From Haliotis rufescens (lineage: Eukaryota): 64,000 bases of DNA. Below the pieces are notes generated by a model. It did no database searches and was not told where the DNA came from. It saw nothing but the letters and a program-made list of their open reading frames with translations. Of this stretch, positions 26,101 through 38,391 are shown piece by piece. Both the position numbers and the translations under genes were made by a program. The stretch spans positions 868,001 through 932,000 of the forward strand of contig NW_025963879.1 in NCBI RefSeq assembly GCF_023055435.1. The letters run 5' to 3'. Every line of letters begins with the position of its first letter. The first letter of the stretch is position 1.

Positions 26101-27035
26101 TACGAATCAGATAAAGGCATAAAACGAATCTTTGATATTACTATTGACATACAATACACGAGTTTTAATATTGTCCTCGTTAATCCAATGTTTATATCAC
26201 CTCAATCATTTCTTATATGTAACTCAAAAAAGTGGAATATGTTCTCATCTAGAAAACCTCGCAAGGACCGATGGTTTAAAAATGAAACTGCACAGAAAAA
26301 AGACCTTACGTAGAGTAGGCGCACAGCAGACCCCGACACCGAAACCACATGGCTGCCGGCCTAAGATGTACTCTTCACTATCACAGATTCTCTTGCACCG
26401 TCCACCATACTGCCATCCGCAGGTTACCGCACCTGTGAGCATTAATACGTTGATGATAAAAAGTCGAACAGAAACAGGGGCGGATCCAGGATTTTACAAA
26501 AGGAGGTCCACACTACCCTGGCCATAATGCAACCAATGTAAAGTGGATCCTATATTCGAAGGTTGGAATCTCATATTCTCCTGATTATGATTCTTGATTT
26601 GTCTGAACCAAATTCGTGCCCGTAGGTTTCCCCAAAGTGTTAATGCAAAAGAGTTATGCTGGCGCCCCGAGATGTTCCCAACTAAAGTATACTGTATTCC
26701 CTAACCTGAACAGGATTCGATCCAACCCATGAAAAGACATCTTGCGTATCCCGTATCACCAAATTAAGCTTGAATAACGCACAATGTATGGTTCAATCTA
26801 TCAAATCATTGCATTTCATTCTGATTCAAAATTTTGTCATCTCCTTATGTCAATAATTGCTTTGACACTTTGAATGTTTGGCCAGAGGCTTCCAAGACGC
26901 TGGAACAATAATCACAAATATCACGTTTTTAAGAAAAATAAACAATTGCAACCTACCGAAACTGGGAATGAAAAATTGGGAGACCGCCTCAGAAATAAGC
27001 ACTAGTCCTAACGTTAACAGCTTAAGTGAAACCAT
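17178..27035 (-). CDS. G3: secreted non-catalytic serine protease homologue (~379 aa) with two beta-defensin-like modules; paralogue of G2
   Basis: 8 exons: 27035-26957 (MVSLKLLTLGLVLISEAVS-QFFIPSF; alternative ATG at 27050), 26432-26310, 25413-25234, 23105-22913 (GR|IVGG, CQWPW, TTSSC), 21836-21706, 21260-21117 (DDIAIL, CYIAGWG), 18050-17911 (NACQ), 17327-17178 (RDNGG...stop). Spliced length 1140 nt, open frame. Confidence 0.93.
18490..20740. repeat. ~21-bp satellite with ~323-bp higher-order repeat in a G3 intron
   Basis: About 100 units of ATTACGTCAACAATGATGTCT(G). Near-identical 108-aa pseudo-ORFs at 19448 and 19771, and a further copy at 20094, show the 323-bp period. Confidence 0.95.
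20833..21095 (+). mobile_element. SINE family B copy with (CACT)n tail
   Basis: GGCGCCGTGATTCGCTG...GGTTCGA...CTGCATCACTTCGGGCTTTCC...GGCGTTAAACCCAACTCACTCACTC. Confidence 0.85.
22365..22874. mobile_element. MITE with ~63-bp TIRs and 10-bp TSD (Mutator-like)
   Basis: CAATCTCATTAAAATCAGATCTTAGTTCTCGCTACCGCT...GAGGACATCCCA is mirrored at 22812-22874. Flanks are ACTTTAAACC (22355-64) and ACTTTCAACC (22875-84). Confidence 0.85.
23729..23880 (+). mobile_element. SINE-like family A, 5' part
   Basis: CCCGTGAAGATCCTGGTTAGAATAGGTCTTCAGC...GGTGGTCAGG. Confidence 0.75.
24021..25193 (+). mobile_element. Degenerate mariner (Tc1/mariner) DNA transposon
   Basis: Left TIR CGAGGGCTTGTCAAAACGTTCTAAGCCT; right TIR AGGCTCAGAACCTTTTGACTAGCCCTCG followed by TA. 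Transposase motifs SARWVP, GDE, YDPESKHQS, LHDNA, HPPYSPDLAP are broken by stops and frameshifts. Confidence 0.92.
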
Positions 27036-27074
27036 GCTGATCTTGAGCATAGGTTAATTGTGTACCTAACCTCC

Positions 27075-27081
27075 TTTATAT
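27075..27081 (-). promoter_or_regulatory. Probable TATA box of G3
   Basis: TATAAA ~40 nt upstream of ATG 27035, the same spacing as in G2. Confidence 0.55.
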
Positions 27082-28019
27082 GGTACCTTTAACTGATGAC
27101 TTTTATGTTCAAATATTTGAACTAAAGGCGTCCTGAAGAACGGTATTGTGAGGGAGGGACTGTTAAAAGCACTGTGCTTTGTTCAAAGGATGTTTCTTTA
27201 ATATACCTACTTAACGTACTGGATTTACAACAACATTCTCGTCATTTTACATTTTGATTTACACATCGTTGTGAATTACAAACTCACACTAACGCCGTGA
27301 TTAGGCGGGCAACCTAAAGAAGATGGTGCTTAAACTGGATTACCCCAGGCCTTTCAAATACAAATTTGTGAAAATAAGGTTCAAATTGCGACATGAAGGT
27401 GTAAAATAACAAATCTCCTGTGAGGTGTGCAGGGTGTGACAAGCATGCAAGCTTCAGTGCGTTGACGTTAAAAGTGTGCATGTACATGCTGCAAATTCAC
27501 TTCAAAGTAAATATCGCAAAGCAAATATCGCAATGCTCTGTTTCAACCCTAAACCTTGATATATGTCTCTTCATGCAGTACGTAGAAGGTTAAGGTAAAC
27601 GTGGCCTTATGTTGTGTATTTCAGGAATTTTACTAGTATAAGATTAATTGTCGTTGAACATGTGGTTCCAACAAGTCATTCATGTCGGCATGGAACAGGG
27701 TACAACCGTACAGCCTACTTTCGTTATCCTTTCTTCGGCTGGCGAAGTTTTACATCCTCATCTGCACCTTTATAAGCATAACCTGTGTCTTCAGCTTCCA
27801 GTTATTTGAATGAGCAAGTATAAAATGGAATTTAAACATTTTTAGCGCCGCTTTGAACGGTGGGTTGGGTTGGGGAGCACGGGTTGCCAAGTCGTCTAAG
27901 GCGCTGCAAGTTCGCTGTGGAGAGTTGCTACCCTTGGGAGTAGCTTTATAAGCATAACCTGTGTTTTCAGCTTGCAGTTATTTAAATGAACAAATATAAA
28001 ATGGAATTAAAAAATTATT

Positions 28020-28270
28020 AGCGCCGCTTTTAACGGTATTGCTGTTATATCACAGCGTGTCAGCTTGGTGTTAGGGGAGAAGCCAGAAGTGATCTAGGTA
28101 TTAGACATTTACCATTTGGTGAAACTCACGAACTCAGGCATGATGCTGAAAAACATACTCAGGGCGAACCGGGATAAGAACCAACGATCATTAGTTTTTG
28201 GTACTCCAAAGGGCAGCAACTCTCCACAGCGAACTTGCGGCGCCTTAGACGACTTGGCAACTCGAGTCCC
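28020..28270 (-). mobile_element. SINE family B copy
   Basis: Reverse-complement similarity to the 20833 and 52693 copies. Confidence 0.7.
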
Positions 28271-28679
28271 CCAACCCCCCAACCCCCCAACCCCACCCTC
28301 GTGCCAGTCTTTCGTGTATGTGTAGATAAAAACTGAAAATCCGGTGATGACAATTGTCAGCTGTCTGTGTGTCAGCGTTCCCAGATTGCGGGGGTCGTTG
28401 TGCGTACTATCCGCCGCTGATTGGTCTCGATTATTCACAGGCTTCTGTGATTTAGCTGAATTTATTTTTTATTGATATGATGATGTTACAACATTCAGTA
28501 AAACATAAACAAATTAGTTGTTTATCAGAGCTTTTATTCGAAAATATTATAAGTCTAATGATGTTCATGTATTTTATAAAAACAGACAAACTATGATATC
28601 GTTTTAAGGGATAACAATGAGTTGTGTTCCCTACTCAATAGTCAATCATTCAGAGCCATTGTATTTTCTATGCGTAATG

Positions 28680-29040
28680 ACCTATGGACCAAAGTCATGG
28701 CATTTGGTGCGCTTATCAATATATGGACAGTGTGATTACATTTGCTTTGCCCAATGAACTGTGAGCCAGTGCCATTACATTTTCTATGCTTAATGAACTA
28801 TGGACCAGTGCTATTACATTTGCAATGCTTAATAAACTATAGACCAGTGCTATTACATTTGCAATGATAAATGAGCTATAGACCGATGCCATTACATTTT
28901 CTACGTTTAAAGAACAATGAACCAGTGTCATTACACTTGCATTGATTAATGAGTTATGGTCCAGTGTCATTTTCCTTTAATTAACAAACAATGGACCAGT
29001 GCCATGATATTTGCAATGCATGGTGATATATGGACTAGTG
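28680..29040. repeat. 42-bp degenerate tandem repeat just downstream of G4
   Basis: About 8 copies of a unit resembling TATGGACCAGTGCTATTACATTTGCAATGCTTAATGAAC. Confidence 0.85.
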
Positions 29041-29190
29041 CTTATTTACAAGCCAGGAATACAATTATGCCATTTTATTTCTACATCTGACGTCATTGCG
29101 TTTCACATGACAGGATGTCAACCTAACCTGTAAAGTGTTGAAAATGGTTTTGTTCATAACGTTAACGATGATTGATGTCACTGCTGCCAA

Positions 29191-30685
29191 TCATGACCTG
29201 ACGCTATTTATCCATGAGACGTAGGGAGGAACGAAGGCGTAGACCCCCGGTGCCCTTCGCCGTCCACACCCTCTTCCGAAAGAAACGATGCCCATCACTT
29301 TCCACTGGGTGCCGGAACTACACATCAAAGGGCCTCCGGAGTCTCCCTAGATAATGAAACAAAAGCAAAATGTAAAATAGGATGTAACAACTATTGGCGC
29401 ATCGTTATCGTACACTGTTTTCAGCATACGAAGACAGTTTCCCCATCCTCCAAATGGAGCATAATGGGTATTTTAGCTGAGAACACACATCACAAAGTGG
29501 AAAGATTGTGTGCCATCTTCACCACACGGTTCCTTCTTTTGCAGTGGTACCACAGACTGTCCAGTCGCATAAGGCACCACAATTTGCAATTATAATATTG
29601 TTGGTTCGAATCCCAGATTCGACATGATTATGTGTCTAGGTTTATCGGTACCAACTGACACATGGGTTCAACCCCACCAACGAAACATGCATCACTTCGG
29701 GCTTCACTCCAGCATCAAGCTGACTGGTCGTGATATAAGAGAAATACTGTTAAAGCGACGTTAAACCAAACTCACTCACTTGCCTTTTGAAATACACTAT
29801 TTGATACATGTATCGGGATTTCATATTCATTATTTCACATTAATAGATATTAAGTACCCGACAAGAGTCAATGCCTCCGGCTCTAACGTCACCAGCACAG
29901 ATGTTGTTTGTGTCAAAGTTCCGGGATCCATATATCCTTCTGCATGTAGCACTGCTCACTATTGGCACTTTGACGCTCCGGAGATTATTCTCGGCCCGTG
30001 AGTTTTTCTCTGAAATTAATAGAGATAATATCAAACATTTTGATATTAGGAAGATCAAAGCGATTCTCATACAACGTTACACTTAAAAACTAACGTTACC
30101 TCGATCGTTATCCGATGGCGATCGAAAGATTTTGGCTGTGATATACAATGTCATGTACATGTAGCTGCGATCGGATCGGTACGGTTCGCGTTCGATTCGC
30201 GGTCGGATCGCGATCGACTCGCATTTGGATGCCGGATGGTTCGCGGTTTGATTGTGATACATAGTTAGTTTTGAGGTACTGTTTAAAGCGTAAAGCGATA
30301 AGCAATAACTAATGTATTGTCATATTTGTACATATATTATTACCATTTGTTAGTCCCCATCCGGCAGCAACACATATTTGCCCAACAAGAGCAGTGTCGA
30401 GTTGGTCAGGGAGACAGACGGGGCGAACACACTGTGACCATTGCAACCTCCTTGTCAACGTGATGACGGCAAGGTCGTTAGCTGAAATACACAGGAATTA
30501 CTTTATGGGTGCCAATTTCAACCAGTTCGTCAAGGCGACGTACATTTCTATGCATTGTTGCATCACTAGCCAGGCTAGGTACCACTGACCTTGCGTTCGT
30601 CTCGAAAATAGTTTTCTGTCTGTCAATGTCAACCAAACACGCTGTTTATACACTGTTCAAATCTGCAGTAATCAAACCCCCTCAG

Positions 30686-30742
<57 letters not shown>

Positions 30743-33700
30743 TTCGTCTATTCCCCACATGAGTATAATGCGTTAAGTTGTTTAAATTTGATCAGGGTTA
30801 CAGAATTCAATTCCTTAGTATGGCGTTCAAAAAGTTTTATTGTAGATCATTTCCAATCGTGACCATCAATGACCAAAATGATGTTAGATGCAATTCTTTT
30901 TGTGATTTGTGTTTGTTTAGGTAAATACTTCCCTGGCATTTGCATATTTTTGTGACGAGTGTCACCGATGAGGGACACCACCACTTTTTGCAAGTGGACC
31001 ACAGACATGTGCTTATGTTTGGTCAGTATTATACAATATATATTAATTTTCTTATGATCATGGAAAGAGTTGTGTCACTTATATTTACAGGAACGACTGC
31101 TTCATTACCGAAGATGCACCGTGGCTCGTCAAACAAAAGACGTGGGTTTGAAACCCATCGTGATAATGCTGGAACACTACTTTTTCAAGCATTATCTAAG
31201 CTCTGTATTTGGCCGGCTGATGAAGCTGAATCTCATTACTTACAGAAACTACTGCTTCGGTACTGAGGATGGACCGTGACTTGAGAGACACGAAATCGTC
31301 TTGCTCTGTTCCGACTCGAAGACCCAACTCCTATAGTCAACCGTCTTGGGTTTACCACAACATTTCGTCTTCTGAAATACACAGAAACATGACATTCGTT
31401 GATGTTTGTACTCGTTGAATGATGTTTTAAATAATATTTTAACATGGAGTAAGGCGTTCTCACACCACCGCGAAACTGACGTGCAGAGGAGTATGAACGA
31501 CATCTTTTAGCGTTGATACGATTTTCACGAGACTGTGTTCCAGATGTGGCGTAAACACTGCGGATTAATTCTTGAGGTAACCGCTGGGGATGAGTAAACA
31601 CAAAACTATAACATTTGTCTATTATCATTGGTGAGGTGAGGTGACATGGGGTTTTACGTCGCGTCCCAGATTATTGCACTTATATAGCGGCGTGAATGTA
31701 CGTGTGTGTGTGGCTGCTTGTACTAGTCCGCCCTGATGCCGATTTATAGTGCTAACTCACTGAGATACCATGCCGCAGTTTAACATGAATACCCTACTCA
31801 GACACAGTATATTGAATCCGAGCCGACCAGTCCTTGTTTTAGCCCCTTAATGCCGAGCGCCAGGCAGGGTAACAACATGTAACATTTTTTGACGTCTTTT
31901 GGTATGACGTGGCCGGTGTTCGAATCCCGGACCTTTCGCTCTCCTGGCGGACGCTCTACCACTAGACCACAGAGGCGGTCATTATCACTTAGACACATCG
32001 TACATTTAGACCCTCATTCCATACAGGTTTGGACTTGAACACACATAAAGTTAATGTAAATTCTAAAACACATTTCAATATTACGTTTATCGCACTTTTA
32101 TCTTCAACTTAGAACAGCACAACTGCGTGTTGCAACAATATGCATATCTGTAGCTTACTTCTTCATAAGACCTTGTCTTATAGCGTTTGCTCGTCACGTC
32201 AACAGGCCTGGGTTCAAATCCCCAAATGAATATATTGTCAGAACTCTTCCGCCGTTATATTGCTGGAATATTGCTGATGCGGCGTAAAACCTCACTCACT
32301 AACCATACACACAACGTACACGACACAGTGAGCAGCAGTGAGGACGTGTCTGTCGTCGATGATGCTGCCACCGCACAGGCTGCTTCTGGTTGCCACTACA
32401 GCCATCCAGGGAAACTGACACTCTGCAGACGCATCCCCTCCCACAATACGGCTAGATGCCACGTACATCTGGGCCGGGCCGGTTATGGAGCTCACACCAC
32501 AGTCTAGAAATGAATGTCCTTGTTAAGGAAGTATGTCATACAAAGATCTGAGTTAAGTATATGAAAAAACACAAATACGTACAAAGTTTTCATGGGGACA
32601 GGCCAAATAAATAAGTAATCAAAAGGTTTTTAGTGCTAACACACACACAAATGCTTCATGTTGTTTTTTTGTGCATACAATGGACATATAAAATAATAAC
32701 TGTACGACAAAAATTGTTTTATATGCATCAACATTAAAGTTTCCCGAAACCTCGCTGAACCAGGAAACCCCGAATTCAGTGCGTTACTGTTTGTAACGAC
32801 AACATAAGTACGAAGAATATTACTCTGAACCACTGATTCGTTAATCCGGAAATGTTTTAATCCTTACCATTTTACTGGGAAGAGGACCGTCCGGATAAAC
32901 GAGGTTTCAGTGTCCTGACTTTATCTTGAAAAATTTATCTACGCCTAGTACAAGTGAACATTTGCTAACGCTGATCCCCTTTTACATACAATTATGAGTA
33001 CCAGATGCATACGTGTTATGGTTTATTTGCAAAAATATTTAATTGTACAGGTATCTTTTATACTATGATAAATGCCATGTTACCTTTCACAGTTAACAAG
33101 GGAACGGTAGTCGTGGTTGTCCTTGGAGGAGGTCGTACTTATGTAATAGATCAAATGACTTATAAAATACAATGTCATTAAAGGAAGAGGAAGTCAATAC
33201 TTCAGCATGATGTCACGTCGTATTTCTTTTTTTTATCAAAACGTAAAGTAAAACACATGTCTTTAACTTCGTCTGGATCATATAAACTTGATAGCTCATT
33301 ATCATGCATCAGAAATCACAATAAACAGGTAGATGTAGCTAGTATACATGGCATAAGCAGTACAAGTTTACGTGATAGTTCTATTGTTTATGTAAATGTG
33401 AACGTGCATGAGGCTGTTTTACCGGAAGGTGGGCGCCCACATTGACAGTATCTGTAGAGTAGCTGGCACACCTGGGATGTGGGGTAACATTGGCGGAAGT
33501 ACGGACAGTGCTCTCCACATCTGCCTATGTCATGAAATACACATATCAGGGATGGAACTTCCCAATATAACGAATATTGCAAAGACGTCAGTGTATTTGT
33601 GTCAACGAATCAATAATATATCTCATACAAGGGGCCCTTAGCGCCACAGCTCATTTATGGAAAGCTCTAAACATTATGAATAATAATAAATCACTATACA

Positions 33701-34752
33701 ATTTGAACGAGCAGATCATTGCAGTGTTGTTAAAGGAAAAATTGATGGGATTGCAAATTTATCGAGCCTAAACCCCCTTTAAACAAAATTTTTATATTTT
33801 TTATGAAAATGTTTAGTATAGCGTGAATTAAGAACACTGACATCTAGAATATTGGGCGCAAAAGGAATTTTTTTTATTATGACATTTTATTATAGTGAAT
33901 CACAATGATGACACCAGGTGTTAGCGAAGAGGGTATGCATGTTCTGCTCTAGCCGAAACACCCGCCACTCACATAATCAAAAAGTTCCAGCAAATAAAGA
34001 GATGTGAAAACTCCATTACAGGTCACAAAATATGAGAAATCATTGCCCATCATGTTGACAAGCGGTGTGACCTTTCTAGTAAATTCCTCTGAATGTCCAC
34101 TATAAGATATCTGGAATGACCTAACCAGGCTAAACACTGTCATATTCAGTTCCAAAGAAGAAATGTTTTGAGCTCTATGTATAATTACTTGAGCCGTTTT
34201 AAGACTAAGCCAAAAATACTATATTTTTCTTATGTGAAGTGAGATTGCTGACACCTGTTTCTTCGGTATTCACCATCCGTATTATTATCAACTGAGTCAC
34301 ACTTTTGATTCATTGTCATATGTTTACCAGTACTTAACCATACGAATAAGTAATACGATTATACTTCTCAAAGAAGTTAAGGACCACCCGATATTTCAAC
34401 ATAACTACATGTACAGTTAATCTATTATACCATGTATACATGTATAGTATTATGAAATAATCGGATGATCCTTTCTTTTGAATAGCATACAATTACTGTG
34501 TCTTCATATTAATTCAAACATCAGTAACATGCATGTCACAAGGTAGTGTGTTACTATTCAAAGGTAAATAATTGTATAAATTTATCTGACACAATTAATC
34601 TTAAGTAAAATAGTCAATCCTGCCTGCACAACATTCGTCAACAACTTACGTGTTTGACCGTGGCTCCTACACACAAATGTCAACAAGCAGAGAGTAAACA
34701 CAAAAACTCGCCACCAGAGACTCCAGACGCGAATTCCCTCACACCAACCCAT
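29191..34752 (-). CDS. G4: secreted trypsin-type serine protease zymogen (~338 aa) with an N-terminal 6-Cys module
   Basis: 8 exons: 34752-34650 (signal peptide), 33524-33423 (CGEHCPYFRQCYPTSQVCQLLYRYCQC), 33137-33084 (RPPPRTTTT linker), 32503-32320 (SR|IVGG, TAAHC), 31371-31244, 30481-30344 (NDLAV), 30009-29858 (GIDSCR, Asp189), 29346-29191 (GDSGGP, SFGRGC, PGVY, stop). Triad and trypsin S1 pocket intact; 1017 nt, open frame. Confidence 0.93.
29560..29780 (+). mobile_element. SINE family B copy in the last intron of G4
   Basis: GGTTCGAATCCC B-box; GCATCACTTCGGGC...GTTAAACCAAACTCACTCACT. Confidence 0.75.
30688..30738. repeat. (TA)n microsatellite
   Basis: Direct reading. Confidence 0.95.
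31640..31980 (-). mobile_element. tRNA-derived SINE family C copy
   Basis: A-box TGGTCTAGTGG and B-box GGATTCGAACACC, then CCTGGCGCTCGGCATTAAGGG...ACTGGTCGGCTCGG. Shared with the 15268 and 6095 copies. Confidence 0.85.
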
Positions 34753-35332
34753 GACTTTACTTCAAATGAAGACAGCTAACTTAGCAAACGGTTTTATTCA
34801 GAAATAAATAAAGCTTGTATTATAAACAACTTTTAAAATAACGATGATAGTATGGACCATTGAACAACGATTATTTGAGACTTTGTGTGACAACATTTTG
34901 TATTCAAAGACGTTGAGATGAACAAGGACAAAAGTGTTACTACAATAGGTACACTACATCAAGGTCAAACAGGTGTGTGCTCGATAAACAACAGGATGTT
35001 TGGCTGTTTTGTGGTCATCAAAGTATGATGTCACTATCGAAATATTTCAATGTTGAAGCGACTTCAGAGGAAAGGATGTTTATCACTGTGACTGGACAGT
35101 AGTGAAATTCAGGTTATAATGAAAATATAGCTGAATTTCACAAACGTGATCATATCACAAAATCCAGCATTAAAGCGTTTAACACAGTAGGGGACATTCC
35201 TTTTTGACGCTTTTATTTCAATATACATTAACATGTATATTTTAGTTGCTCTAGCGTCTGTGTATTAGGTCAAGATGATATAATGCGGATTTAGTGTCCT
35301 TTGACATCTTATTCGCTTCTGAATTTCTTTTT

Positions 35333-35540
35333 TTTGTTATTTAACGCAGTACGCAGTAATATTCCAGCTATTTGACGACCATCTGTAACTGATCGAGTCT
35401 GGACCAGACAGTCCAGTGATTGACATCATGAACATCGATCTCCCAAATTTGGATACGATGACATGCATGAACCCAATCACCGAGTCTGTCCATCTGATCC
35501 CGTTAGTAGCCTCTTACGACAAGCGCGGGTTACTGGGAAC
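35333..35540 (-). mobile_element. SINE-like family A copy
   Basis: GAGTCTGGACCAGACAGTCCAGTGATTGACATCA...TCTTACGACAAGC. Confidence 0.75.
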
Positions 35541-35809
35541 CAATCGCTTTATACGTGCAATATCTAGGATGCGACGTTGAACCCCATTTCACCTCACCTT
35601 ACCATCCTGCCTACTCAGAGTTTTCTTTTTTATTTCATCCGTTCCAGAAAACACTTTTACTTTGAGCATGTCCCGAGCTAAGGTATTTCTCCCTATGTGT
35701 GTACCTACACCACGAAGGACTTATCAGAATTACAAGTCACCTCTACGGAGTCAGAGTTATGACTATAAGTAAAAGCGATAAAAATCATATTCATAATGGT
35801 AATAAATCT

Positions 35810-36210
35810 CTACTAAAAGCAGAGTACATTGTACGAGTCCGACTATCATGATCATGTGTTTATAAATCACTATTAAGTTGTGATGACACCAAGTGTTCGC
35901 GAAAAGGCGAGAGTATCCACCGTTGGTAGCTGTCACAATACCTTTAACACGTCAACGCCAGAGAACAACCAGTCTCGATTATCTGCCGCTACAAATACCA
36001 TAGGGCGCAAAGGGCAAAACAGTGAAAATGATATGAATGGATCGCTGAAAACAAGTGATGACACCAGGTGTTTGCGAAAACGTTAACCATGACCTGCCGG
36101 TAGCACCCGCCACTCACGCAATGTGCATATAAGTATACTAAGTATTTGTTGCCTGATGCCTTACGTCAGTGCTCCTGCCATTCGGCGGTGGCGTGTAAAC
36201 AATTAGGGCA
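35810..36210. repeat. Dispersed repeat shared with ~4300-4345, ~14935-15030 and ~16000-16230
   Basis: AAA(G)CAGAGT..ATTGTACGA.TCCGACT and CAGAGAACA..CAGTCTCGA...GGCGCAAA..GCAAAAC blocks recur. Confidence 0.65.
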
Positions 36211-36261
36211 GATTACAGGTGTTTGTGAAAAGGTGAGTCTATCCTGCCCCACCTGGGAAAC

Positions 36262-36513
36262 CGACCCTTGAAGATCCGGGTTAGAATAGGTAAAAGCTGA
36301 CTATGCTTGTCGTAAGAGGCAACTAACGAGATCGGGTGGTCAGACTCGCTGACTTGGTTGATGCATGTCCTCGTATTCCAATTGCGTGGATCGATACTCA
36401 TGATGTCAATCACTGGATTGTCTGGTCCAGACTCGATTATTTACATTTATTTATATTGCTGTAATATTGCTGAGGGCGGCGTTAAACAACAAACTAACAA
36501 ACAAACAAACAAA
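36262..36513 (+). mobile_element. SINE-like family A copy
   Basis: GAAGATCCGGGTTAGAATAGG...GGCGTTAAACAACAAACTAACAAACAAAC. Confidence 0.85.
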
Positions 36514-37985
36514 CCCCCGAAACCTGTCACAAACACCTGCAAAGGCAAGGCAATAGAGCATGAAAAGGTAAAAAAAATAAAATGGAATGTGTTTATGAAT
36601 GTGTCGTCTGTCTGTGTGTGTGTCTATATAAATTTATGTGTGTGTGTGTGTTGGGTTGTGTGTGTATGTATCTATAAATGTGCGTGTGTAGCTATGTGTA
36701 GCTATGTAGCTTTGGGTATGTGCATCTAAGTATGTATGTATGTGTCTATGTGTGTGTTGAATTGTGTTTCTATTGTGGTGGTTATGTGGACATACATAAT
36801 CATCCTAAATACATTTTATGAGTGCAAAACCTTCTCGGTACTTGGTGTACCTTTTCTAATGACGATAACATACCGTTAAAACCTGTAATGATTATTGTCA
36901 TTAACTGAATAGTCTGTTGAGAATGCCAACGTATTTTATAAAGAAGTTATTACATTTACGGCAAATTTTACTTTTACTCCATGTGACGAGCTGCGAGTTT
37001 TACATTCAATGTATTATTATTGAAAAACCTTTGTCTCTTGTTCAGCATTTTCTTTCATTAGCTTTCATAAATTTAATATGTAAAATAAGTACACCTGCGA
37101 CTAATAAATAGTTGTTTTTTCAAGCTTACCATAGTTTATATACTTCACTATCCATGATCGTGACCTGGAGGGTATTGTTATATGCTTGGCTAGTGTTCCT
37201 ATACAAATACACATACATTAGTCACACGATGTGCATGATGAGCAAACAGTTGGATATGTATGACAATGGTGTGATTCTAATTATCCTGCTTCTTCTGTTA
37301 TTTATGCCAGGTCAGCACAAATAAGTTATCACATCCCTAAATATCAATATTTTTCCTTCTCAAATAGCAAAGCTATTCAATGTAGAACTTAGGTCTGCAA
37401 CCTATAGCTGACACGACTTGAAATTCAAACAAGCTCTACTCCCACCATTCACACCTTTCAGTATATGAATATCAGGTTGCAGGGGGAAATTTTGAGTGAA
37501 TATTACTTAATTCCACATCCTTATGACAGTTACCTCGTTACAGCACTTATTCTCCTCTTAATTTCTGTTAAAATTGAACTGTCAGCACTCAAAGAATACT
37601 TCTACATGGTTTGTTTTTTAAAACATAAATTTAGTTTGAAGACTTTTAAACATTAAAGAATTTCGCATTTCGCATAATACACAACTGCTTATGGGTATCT
37701 TAATGGGCAAATTTATTTCTCACTCCAGTCTTCGTTGAACCAGTTTATTTTCACACAAACTTACCCAGCCACAGATTACTTTTTATACACTGTTGCAGGA
37801 ATGAATGAAGGATAAATAGACATAATCAAATTTAACACCAATTCATTCCATTTTCAAATACATGAAAAACAAACTCGGAAGACATCTTTTGACCCTCACT
37901 TTATAGTTATGTCAGTATCATTGTATGTATTGATTTCTTTTCTTCCAACCATCCAGCATTCTTCATCACATAGCCTACAGACGTT

Positions 37986-38297
37986 CCCATCCCCATCCCC
38001 ATCCCCATCCCTACATTCCCACAATCACACCCACCCCATCCTCATCCCCACACCCACAACCACCTCCCCATTCCCACACCCATACCCACACCCACACCCA
38101 CACCCACATCCCCACAACCACACCCACAACCACATCCCCATCCCCATCCTCACATCCCCACACCCATACCCACACCCACACCCACATCCCCACAACCACA
38201 TCCCCATCCCCATCCTCACATCCCCACACCCACACCCACACCCACACCCACACCCACACCCACACCCATAACCTACACCCACACCTACACCCACATC
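37986..38297. repeat. (CCCACA/CCCCAT)n hexamer low-complexity tract downstream of G5
   Basis: Direct reading; G-rich on the minus strand. Confidence 0.9.
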
Positions 38298-38391
38298 CTT
38301 CTCCTCCTACTTATACAAAAACTACATGGAAGAAAAGCATTCCAAGAAGACGGTATTGCAAGTGTTTATTCTGTTGCTCATCTCGTGTCCG

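Noticed and set aside
28716-28970. Hydrophobic 14-aa periodic ORF (NVIALVHSSLSI)
   Set aside because: Translation of the 42-bp repeat downstream of the G4 stop; no start or splice context.
31900-31980. tRNA gene
   Set aside because: The A/B boxes belong to a SINE head followed by a body repeated elsewhere in the window.
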